Below, piece by piece: positions 49,001 through 61,000 of a stretch of DNA of 64,000 bases. The translations under genes were made by a program, and so were the position numbers. This DNA comes from an uncultured Clostridia bacterium (GTDB taxonomy: Bacteria > Bacillota > Clostridia > Christensenellales > DTU072). Where the stretch lies: NCBI GenBank assembly GCA_934274515.1, contig CAKQTC010000010.1, positions 2,625 through 66,624 on the forward strand, in the 5' to 3' direction. Under the pieces are notes generated by a model. The model was not told the origin of the DNA and searched no databases. It worked only from the letters and a program-made list of their open reading frames with translations. Each line of letters starts with the position of its first letter. The stretch's first letter is position 1.

Positions 49001-52000
49001 ACGGAAGTAGGCGAGATGTGGAAAGCGGCGTCTACGCTTACTACGAGAACGAATCTGGAAGCGACGATATACGGCGACAGCGACGGTATTTATCTTATGA
49101 TAGAAAAAGCGGCGATAAGTTCGCTTATAGGAGTACTGGGCTTCGGTTCTCTCGAAGTGGTGACCGACGCGCTTGCGGAACTTTACGTCGAAGCGATTAA
49201 AGTCGGCGGCGACGCCATAAGTTTAGGACTCGGCGTAAACATAGCGATAGATTCCAAGGGTACGATATTCATAGACGGCGGCGAGAGCGGCATAAAAGAC
49301 CCGAACAGGGGCAATAGCGACATAGACGCGACGTTTGTCGTACACGCAGGCGTACGCGGAATTTACATAGGATTCCACAATCTCGAAGACTGGTCGCCCG
49401 TTAACTCGACGGAGTACAACGAAGTAAGAGAAATCAACGTAATCAAACTCGGTACGCAAGCGTATCTCGAACTCGGTAACGAGAAGGGAACGTACGAACT
49501 CAAAGCGCTTATCGAAACGTTGCTTAAAAAACTCGACGTTAACCTCAATCTCAACAAAGAACTCCAAGGGATAATCGAACTTCTCGACGCAAACGACGTT
49601 AAGTTCGAAATAGCGGTTGACCTGGATCTCGGAATAGGCACGATAATCAACGACATTCTTTCCGGAACCAAGAGTTTCGGGGACGTGTTACCCGACGATA
49701 TAATGACGCTTATCAAAGCGTTGCAGGCGAAAATCACGCTTAACATCGTAAGAGAAGGCAAAGCGAATTCCAAAATAGTACTCGCGCTTATTCGCGGCGA
49801 CGCGTATCTCGACCTGTCCGGACTTAACAAGACGCTCGGCAAAGGAAAGATAGAAAACGCGATAGAACTCATCGGTTCGCTTATCGGCGGAGAAGCAAAG
49901 AAAGGTTCTTACGTAGCGGAACAGGCGAGCAACGCGACGCAGGCTTTGGCAGGACTGGTAAACGCGCTTGCGAAAGCGAAAAACGGTTCTCCTGCGGTTA
50001 GCGACGCGGAACTCAACGCGCAATACCTGCATTTTGCGTTAAGCGGAGTGGAAGGGCTTACGGTTACGGTTATTTACGGCGCGGTTAAGAGCGTCGTGCG
50101 GTATTTGCTCGGCAGCGAATCCCTTGCGGAAGTCATAGATATGATTTCTCTCGTAAGCAACCCGTCCGCGTCGGCGAATCTCGGTTACGACGTGGAACTC
50201 GGACTCAGACTGATCGTACCGAGCACGGTATTCAACGATAACGATTTCAACAAGATGAACGCGCTCATGGAAGACGGTAAAAACTTCTTCGGATACGGCA
50301 AAGAAAGAGTAGAAGCGTTCACCGACGAAAAACCGTTCCTCGACCCGAACAAAGACGGACAGGGATACAACTACGTTATCAACGCGAACGGGCTTACGGT
50401 AAACAAGTTCGCGCGGGCGATAGCGGAAAAGACTTTACTTTATAAGAAATACACGATAAGCGACACGGAAAAGGCGAACAAAGTCAACGAACTTATACGT
50501 ACTACGTTCCTTGCGAACGGCACGTCCGTGGAAAAACTGTTGGCAAACTACGCGGCAAGATACGAATTCTACGACGAAAACGCCTGCAAAGTCGCGCTTT
50601 ACGACTACTTGCTCATAGAAGCGTACGAAAACGGCAAAGACTTCGAAACGTATTTCGGCGGTTCGACGAGTGAAGACAAGACCGTTGCGGGGAAAGTGTT
50701 AAAAGATTACCTGTACGGTAATGAAGAATCGGGAATACCGAAAGCGTACGGCGAGTTCGAAGCGTTTATGAAGAACGTGTACGACGTCGAAAAAGACGTT
50801 GACCAAGCGGCGTACGATTTTGTGACGGCGTATTTGAAAGGGCTTATCGTATCGAGAGACGCGTGGCTCGTGCTTATCGGCGCGGAGATAGAAACCGTCG
50901 GCGACGGACTTATTATCCATAGCAAGAAATACGACGACTTGTACGATGAATTGTTGGTCGAAGCGTGGGAAGAAAAATTAACTCGCGTAGACAACGCGAT
51001 TAAAGCGAACGAAAGTTTTGAAACCGAACAAAACAAGACGGCGTTTGCCGAAGCGTGGAGAGAAAAGGCGTATATGATTTATTCGGAGAGTTACGCTAAG
51101 ACGACCGCAGGCGAAAGAGATTACCGCGCGGTTGCGTACGAAGAACTCACCGAATTGTTGGAAACGAGCGCGACAATTGAACTCAGCGGTATGCGCAACG
51201 ACGACAAGAACACGTACAAGAGCAAACTGTGGGACAACGCGATGATTTATACTTATTGCGATCCTTCCGCGGTAGCCATACTCAAAGGCGTGGACGAAAT
51301 AAATACGGAAGGTTCGGATAAGGAAACGGCGTTTAGAAAAGCGAGAGAACTGATGCACTCGATTACGAGCGGTATCGAGGCGTACGCTTTGGAAGCGTTG
51401 ACGGGTTCGAACGCGAACGGCAAGGATATGCTTACCGGAGAAGAAGAGATTTCGCTTGCTTACGACCTTATTTACGACTTCAAGAGCGCGGTGGCGGGCG
51501 TTAAGGAATACTTCGGCGGAAACGTGGGAGACTCCACGCGTAAACTGCTTGCGGCGATAGGCAAGAGTCTGTACGAAAAGGGATACAAACTTGCAGGCGC
51601 GGGAAGCGGCGGCGCGATGTCGAACGAAGATTACGCGAAGTTGTACGAAGAAGCGTACGCGTTGAACAAAGAGTTGTTCGCGCAGTTTATCGCCGGCGAA
51701 ACGGCATATACGAACTATATGCATAAATCGTTTAGCGAGAAAGCGTGGGACGCGCTCATCGGCGGACTTAACTTCGAGATAGAAAATACCGACGATTTCC
51801 TTAAAGCGGCGGAAGCGTATATTAGTGGCGATTCCGTAAGCGGAACGCTTTACGAGTCACTTGTAAGGGCAAACAAAAAGACGCTTATGTATATTCTCGA
51901 AAATATACATTACGATTATTGGAAAGCGAAACAATCGATAGCGGCGCAGGGCGGTAGCGGAATAGACGAAACGTTGTTCGACGCGTTCGGAAAAACCACG

Positions 52001-55000
52001 GTGGCGATGTATGCTACCGATGGTATGATAAGCGCGCTGACGAATATGATAAGCGATTCGTTCTCGAAAGAATACGTTTACGCTATGGCACTCGCGTTTC
52101 TTGCGGCGAGAAAAGCCGCTCCGACGCTTGCACCCGCGTTTGAAACGGACGGACTCGGAGTAGTAGAACCTATACTTGCAGGCAGCGACGACAAAACGTT
52201 TATCTATGCCGCGGCGTACGGCGCGCTCGCGAAAGTGGCGACGGGTAACGCAAGCGACGAAACCAAAGCGGCGGCTGCGCTCGCAAAGAAATATTACGAC
52301 GCGTTTACGTCGTCAAAAGAATTCTATTCCGACGAAACGGCAAGACTGCGCGTTGACGAGTTTGCGGAAATAGCGGCAAGACTTTACGTCGGCGCGACCG
52401 CGACCGTTAAAGGAGAACTCGAACTCGCGGCGTACTACTACGGACAGCGTTCGGACAGAATAACGATTGCCGGCACGGATATGAACGCCGAAGAAATGAA
52501 GGCTTTGGAAACGTTGAAAAAAGCGAACGGCGAAGGTTCGCCCGAACGCGACCTTAAAGACGCGGCGTACAGACGCGTACTGCGCAGTTCTTCCACGGCG
52601 GAAATGTACGAAGAGTACTTGGCGGTAAGAAGTAACTTCATTTTTGAAGTCATCTATAAGAATTCCAAGGAAAACCGCGAAGCGTTGAAGAGCATTATAC
52701 TCGTATCCGCCGACGCGGACGTCAACAATATGGCAAGCGCGGTTATCGGAGAAGGCACGGCGTTTACCGCGGAAAACATAGATATTTACTATGAAATTTA
52801 CAACGAAGAATACAGTAAAGAACTCGGCAAATTCATAGAAGAAGTCTATAAAGAAAGTATAGAAAAATCCAAGGATACGAACGAATCGAAAAAATCCGTA
52901 AGTCCGATACTCGAAAAAGCACTCGAAACGCTTGTTTACAAAGTATTGTATAACAAACTTACCGTTAAAGAACAGGCGGCGACGCTTATCGCGCTTTATC
53001 GCGAAGCGGAAACGCTCAGCGCGGATATTAACGACGCGCAATACGCGTTGATTAAAGAGTTCTATAAAGAATTCGGAGAAGCGGTGTCTGCGTTCGCGAC
53101 CGAAAGCGGCAACCTGAAAGACGTCGCGGAAGAACTGCTCAAAGGCGAAGGGTATTCGAACAACGCTCTGCTCGGCGAATTGACAAGCAAGGAAATTATC
53201 GATTACTACAACAAACTCATAGCGGGGCTCGGCGCAAATCTCGACGCGAAAGTCGTGGAAAAAGACAAACCCCTCGTTGCGGGAACGGCAAACGACAAAG
53301 TTGCCGGCAAAATGTACGAAACAATCAAAACGTTCCTTGACGACGATAAGGCGTTCCGTAACAACAAGAACGAAACTACCTACAAAGCGGAAACCGTGGA
53401 TAATCAACCCAAACAAGACGATTTAGGGTACGATAAAATTAATAAGATACAAAAAGTAAGAGATTACTTTATTGTTACGCATACGCTTTCTATAGACAAC
53501 AGCATAAGTTTCCCGATGTACAGCGGCACGTCTTCTATATGGAGAATGCTCGGTATCGGCGAAATGCCGTTCAGAAACCCCATAGAGAACAAGAACCGTG
53601 CGACGAAGATGGTTCTTAGCGACGGAACGGTAGTTCCTGCGGCGTGGACGACGAGCGGCGGCGACGCGCAATGCTGGATAGAAACGGCGTATTCTCAAGA
53701 AGACGAATTCTCCATCGAATACGAATACAAATCCGAAGGACCCGATTCGCCCGACGAAGACGAGGCGGAAGCAATGGAAGCGGCTCGCGACGAAGCGCTT
53801 AACGCTTACATTAAGAGCGAGGCGTATAAGGCAAAAGTCGCGGCGCTCGTAGCGGCAACGAAAGCCGCGTTCCGCAAAGACGTAAACGATCTTATCAAGT
53901 TTACGGGAATGATGCTCGGCACGGAACCGATGACCACCGACCCGTCCGTAAGCATACCGAAGTTCGACGTTGTCGGCGGAGCGAGCGACAGAACGTTTAT
54001 TAACCTTGTCAACGCGGCGAATACTGCGGAAAAGTTGTACGCATACGCAAACAGCGCGATAAACGCAATGAATTTGTGGATGGAAGAAGTTGAAGAAATC
54101 GGCGAGAGCACGGTTGACTTCGCGACGTTCAAAATAAGCGCGCTCAAACACTTCTATTCGTATCTTAAACCGGTAGACAACAGAGAATACTACAAACATT
54201 ACGCGCAGACCGGCGCGCTCGGAAAAGTGCTTGACGCACTCAAGGCGGAAAATAATTTCGTACCGGCAAACGGCAGCGAACTCGAACGTCTTGCGACCGT
54301 TCGCGACAAGATACACGGATATTTAGGCGAACTTAAACTAAACGAAACCACGGAAGCGGTCAGCGGAGAAAAATCGCGTGAACTCGTATACAAATATTAC
54401 GTCGAGTTAAAAACCAAAGCGTCCGCCTGGATAAGTTACGAAGACGTTAAGACCACGGCGGGAAGAACGCTTGCCGCGATACTTACCGATATGGCGGAAC
54501 AGGTAAGACTGCTCTCGTTCGAGTATTACGCGTATACCGTATACCGTTTGTTCGACAGAATGACGGACGAAGGCAAGACGTATTCGGGCGGGAAAAAGTT
54601 AAAGAAGACTGAAGAATGGTACGAAGGCATATCGAAGATGAAAGAGACCGACCAGGCGGCGGTTAAAGCGATTTTCGATAAAGTATTGTACAACGTAACG
54701 CTTTACACCTGTATGGACGAAAGCACGACTGCGGAAAAGGATAAAGAAACCGTAATCGAAATGCCGTTCTCGTCGTCTACGATGTATATGACCAAAGAAG
54801 AGATGGCGATTTTCGCGGAAATTCTCTTCAATATGACCAAAGAAAAGGCAAAACAGTATTATCCGTTCGATTACACTCTCGAAGCGTACAAGTCCTTCTA
54901 CGGCGCGACTGCGACGGAAAGAGAAACGTATTTGGCGAGAAACGCGGAAAAGACGATTAAATACGTCGCCAAAATAATCGAGGAGTACGGAGCGGACACG

Positions 55001-58000
55001 ATAGGGTCGATGGCGGCTTTGCGTTCCGCAACGATATCGGCGTACAACAAGATAGCAAGTGAGATAAACAAACTCACGGACGGAGAGAAATATTCGTTCG
55101 TCAAGATGTTCGTTGACGCGCAAAGCAAAGCGACCAAGGCAGGACTTACCGGTGCCGAAATGCAAATTTCCGTTATGTGCGATATTATAAGCACCGTTTA
55201 CGGAGGAAGGAACGTAAGCGTGGTTTATCCGCCGAACAACCCCGGTAGCGAGATGAGAATTGCCGTAGGCACCGCCTGGACGAACCTCAAAGGGTTTATG
55301 CTTAACGGCGAAAGCGGAGCGACGATAGGCGGGAAAATTCGCACTTGGTACGAAATTCTCTTCGGAAGAGAAAACGACGCAGGATACCTCAGAGATAAGG
55401 ATATCGCGTTTGCAAACGCTTATGCGTTCAACGTAGACGTCGCCGACTTCAAAGGCAACAACAGTCCTTACGACGTACTCAAAAACAGAATATTCGTCGA
55501 TTTCAAGGCGATGTATCTCGAAGTTATGTTCCCCGACGCGTCCGCGGAAGGTATCGAATCGATACAAGATCTGCTCGCGCGCATTGACGGAAAGAGTTAC
55601 AACGCGACTTATACCGATTTTGTCAAACTTGCCAAGACGTTTGTCGAAACGTACGACGGAGCGGTAGTTGCGCTGGAAACGACGGGCAAATACCAAGCGG
55701 AAGACATCGACGCGTACGCGAAAATCATCGCGCTTAGAGAAACGCTTTGTTTGGTTTACTCCGCGACGTCGTTCGACTTCACGGTTTACGGCGCATGCAC
55801 GCGTTACGCGTTGGAAAAACTGTTCATCGAGTACGCCGCCAACCTTACCGAGAAGACCCTCGACGCGACGGACGGATACAAGACGAAGTACAACTACGGC
55901 GGAGCGAAAGACACGACGTTCTTCGACGATTACCTCATCGACGTAGCGGGAAGAACGGGCAACGTGACCACCGTGTTCGACGGATTGAAAGCGATGAGCG
56001 GAGCGACGAAAGCGTACGGAGATAAACTCGCTTCGTATGTAAAAGCGTTATTTACGCAAACGGACGCGTTGAAAATGCTGTATCGCGACCTTGTCGAAGT
56101 TCTTGCGCCCGGCGAAACGTCTTTCGATATAGTCGGTTACGCTCAAAACAACGGTTACAAAGCGGCGTCCGCGATGGTTGCGCTTATCACGGCGAAAGAC
56201 TACGGCGTAAGCGGACTTACCGAAAAACTTAAATCCGTATTCAGAACCTACACGGCTAAGACGGATATTTCGACGTACCTTATTTACAAATACGACAGAC
56301 TCGCGTCCTACCTTGCCGCAGACTACGATAACCTATACGATCTGCTTAGCGCTTCTTCGGAAGTTAGCGATAACAAAATAATCAAACCCGACGCGGACCC
56401 CGAATCCGAACTGAATAAGAAGTTTGAAAACGCAAGGAAAGATAGCGCGAGTGCCGTCGAGAAAGCGATTATGCTTACCAAGATAGTAGCCACGATAGGC
56501 ATGAGTTTCGACGACATTAAGGACGACGAAGCGAGAGAACTGTACATAAAAGCCTATAAAGTGCTTAGAATGACGGAAAACGCGTCCGAATATCTAAGAC
56601 AGGAAGAATGGACGAGTTACTTCGGCGGCGTAAGCAGAGCGACGCTTGCGGACGAATTCGACGTGCTGTACGACGCTATTATGAAGAATTCGACCGACGC
56701 GACTTTCTACGAATCGATAACGGACGACAAGAAAGCGCTTATAAACGCGGCGCGCGAGAAACTCGCGGTGAGCGCAAACGACAAAGAGAAGAGCAAAGCG
56801 ATGTTCGTTCTCGTAAACGCTATACCCGAAGGACATGAACTTAACGGCGCGACGGCGAACGCGATGGTGAAGACCGCTCGCGAAAAATTCGTCAGACTTA
56901 ACATAAACGACGCTAATTTGTTCGATTCGCTTTCGGATAACGCGTGGAGAAAGCAATACGGCGGACTCGAAGCGACTTACGCTACGGTAACGCCCGCGCT
57001 CGAACTCAAAACGTTGCTTGACAGCATAAACGAGAATCCGGACGACGAAAGTTCGATAAAGAAACTTCTCGACAATCTTAAATTCACCGAAACGGCGAAG
57101 TATCTCGATTCGTACATTTATCAACTCGACTACGACGTTAAAGCGGAAGCGAGCGAGTTTGCGCAACAACGCGAACTCGTGGAGAGAGCGTTTGTAAAAG
57201 CGTATAACGCGGCGGCGAATACGAGATACGACGTGGTGGAAATCGACCTCGGACTCGGCGTGGAGATAGGAAAGACGTACGTAGGCGCGGAAATCGACCC
57301 GGACAACTACCGCGAAGACGTTTTGCCGTTTGAAGAACAGACGAAGTTTATCAACTACGACGAAATGCAACTGTATTTCGAATTCGGCGGATTCTTCTCG
57401 TTCGGGTTCGGCGCAGGCAACGCGGACATAGCGCAGATAGTCAACCTTATTCTCGGCGGATTCAACATTTCGGAAATCTATATAGAATTCTTAAAAACGC
57501 ACATAATGCTCGGCACGTTAAACGCGAAAATCGCGCTTGACGTAGCGAAAGCGTTAAGCAAAGACGAAGCGCAGATTAAACAGGCGCTTGCGGCGGAAAT
57601 AACGTTGAAATACGCCCTTATCGACAACGACGAAAGGGGCGAAACCACTCGTTTCGAGCAACAAATCATATCGATTACGGTATACGACGGTTCTATATAT
57701 CTATCGGCGGAAATCTTCGATATGAAACTTAAACTCAGGCTCGACTTCGACGCGATGAGTTATCTGCTCAAACTGCTCGGCATTATCAAAGAAACCGCCG
57801 ACGAAACTCCGTCTACGGCTACGCCGCATCTAAGCGATATAAACGCAGCCATCTCTTCCGCGCTTAACGGTTGGAGCAAACAAACGGCGAAAGAAAAGAA
57901 CACTCCGATAGGACAACTCGCCAATGCTGCTGCGTCGTCAAGCGGAAAAGACGTGCTGGAAGCGCTCGTAAGAATAGGCAGCGACGAAGCGAGTCTTATC

Positions 58001-61000
58001 CTTACCGTAGATATTCTTCTCGAAGCGTTCAACCTGTTGCTTAACGACAACGAAGCGACGGATATGCTAAACGACATTATATTGATGATATTTACGTCGG
58101 GTAGCGCGAAAGTCGAATACGGCAAAGACTTCGGTATCAATCTTAATCTTAGCAAGAACAGGACGATAAGCGGCGACAAGAACACAAGCGACAACCTTAG
58201 TTACGACATCAACTTAGGATTGTTCAACGATACCGTATTCTATATGAATTCGGTGGATAAACACGAAGATAAGAAAGACTATTTCAGCGACTTTACTACG
58301 GAAATACGCACAAGAAGCGAGAACGGCGAGTTCGACACGTATTTCGTAATGGGGCTCGACCTAATCGGTATGCTTAACGGTATCGGTGCCGGAACGGGCA
58401 AAATCGACGTAGGCTCGCTCGTTACGGACATCATCGGCGACAGACTGCAAATGGGCGTAACGCTCGAAATGGATTCGGAAATCCTGCGTACCGCGATAGA
58501 CTGGAGTAAATTGTTCAGCGCGATGGGTACGCTCAGCGTAGAGCCGATATTCCTTTTGAGAGTGCTTAACTCGACAAGAGGCGCGATAAGATTCGACATA
58601 AACATCGACCTTGACATATCCAAAGTCAACTTCGACGTAAGTTTGAGAGCGTACAACAACGGCGTCAACATCTTTAACGTGTACGAACTCAGCGGAACGC
58701 TCAATACCGACGATACGCCCGCGTTCGCGCCTAAGTTCTATTGCGATATGGGCGAACCTAGACCCGACTGGTCGGCGGAAGACAACAACAAACTCGCAAA
58801 CGAGAAATACGTCATCACCGCGCAATCCTTGTACGACTTCCTTAAAATTAACCTTATGGAAGTTATTCTCGACTTGACCGGCGCCGACCACGACGAAATC
58901 ATCGTAGACAGAGCGGACAACGCGCCCGCGTTCGGCAACGACTCGGCGGTTGAATTCAAAGACATCGACTTCGGTAAAGTATTGCAGAGCGTTACGTTCG
59001 GACAAGGTACGCTCGGTATACGTTTGAGCGAAGCGATACTCAACACGCTTATCAAGTTAATCAACGCCAACTGGGAATTCGACGATATGGGTAACGTTCG
59101 TCTCGATATCGACTTCATGCGGAATACCGTAGGAATAACCGTACCCCTCGACGCCGCTGTCAGAGACGCGGACGGCAATATCCTTTCGGACAGTAAACTT
59201 AAATATGGAATAGAACTCAGCAACATATCCCTCCACATAGGCGAGGCGGTTGACTTCATTTCCGTAACCGGAAAAGAAACCTATTCGGCGTTCAAAGATT
59301 ATAAAGAAATCACGAAATTCGTATGGGTAAGCGAAGTAAACAGTTCGCTCGGATTGCATAACGACGACGAGAATACGATGGTTGACCTCACCGACCTTAC
59401 GATGCGGTTCATCGACGGACTCGGAATAAAACTGCAAAACGGCGAGTCGTTGCTCGACGTAAGTCTTGATTTCGTACTGCGTACCTACATCGACTTCTCG
59501 GACGTAACCAACTTAGGGTTCGAGTTATTGATAAACCGCAGAGGCAGAACGCTTATCGGAATAACGTTTATCGGAGCGGAAAGAGAGGGCGACGTATACA
59601 TCAATCTCGAAGGGTTAGGCTTGCCGAAATTCTATATGACAGGCGTCGATTTAGGCGGCAAGATAGTCGAAATACTTAAAAAACTCGAAGATTCCACGTC
59701 GAAAGACGAGCAGGAAAAACCGTCCAACGCCGACGGCTCCATATCCGGCGGAATATCTTCGGGCGACAAGACGGCGATAGAATACCCCGACATAACCCAA
59801 GCGGGCATAAGCGCCAACCTATTGCTCGCGCTTATAGACGAAAACAAGTTCAACGTGGCGATGACCGGCGCGTTGCTACTCAATCTACTCGGAACGTTGC
59901 CGAAAATTAAAGATATAAGCGCGATGATACCGACGTTTGCCAACCTGCAACTCGGCTACGAAAAGGACAAACTCAGCGGTATAAAATTTGTTTACGACGA
60001 AGGGCAACACTTCTTCATCGATTATAACTTTGAAAAGAGTTATTCCTATCTCGTACCCAAACGCGACCTACTCGACAAGGCGAACAAGGACTACGACGAC
60101 GCAAGAAGCCATATGGTAAGCGACGCGGATAAGAAGGATTTTGTCAATATCGACAATCTTAAAAACGTTAACTTGGGTCTTACCGTCGATATGACGCTCG
60201 TAACAGTCAATCCCGACGGACAAAAGAGCGACGTGGTAAAACAACTCGAAGCCTTGCTCGAAAAACTGTTCGGAATGAAGACGGGCAGTATCGACCTGCA
60301 ATTCCAAGACGCATACGCGTCCATAACGATTGCCGCGGAAATCATAGCCGACCTTACGGATATAAACAATTCCAAACTGAAACTGGAAGTCCTCTACAAC
60401 GGCGAAACGCTTATAGGAATTTACTATCTCAACAAGAAAGTATACCTCGATATGAGCGAACTCGGACTGTTCCAAGCGGCGGTAAACGGCATAGACCTTG
60501 CGGGTGCGTTAAACTACTTCCTCGGCGGCAAACTTCCCATCGATCTCGACGAAGATAAAGGACTTGACGTCAAAGGGCTTGTCACCTCCCTTATCGGAAT
60601 AAGAGCGGGAGAAGAAACGGGTACCACCGACAAGACGGCGACGAGCATTACCGAAAAGAAGATAGAAACCGCCATAGCGGAACTCAAAAAGAACTACGAA
60701 ACGCGTTATAAAGCAGGCGAGTTCAAAGATATAACCGCCACCGAAAAAGAGGCGATTAAAAACGAAATCAAAGACGCGCTCAAACAAATTAACGCCGACA
60801 ACAAGAATTTGCTCAGCCAAAGCGAGTACAACAAAGTTTACGACGAGATTATTAAGAGTATAGGATTCCGTCAAACGGGTTCCAAAATCAACGTCGAACA
60901 AGACAGGAAACAGACTGCGATAATCGCGGTGTCGCTGTTCAACGACAGAATAGAAATCGCGCCTACGACGAAAGCGCTCGGAAACCTTCTCGGCGTGGAT

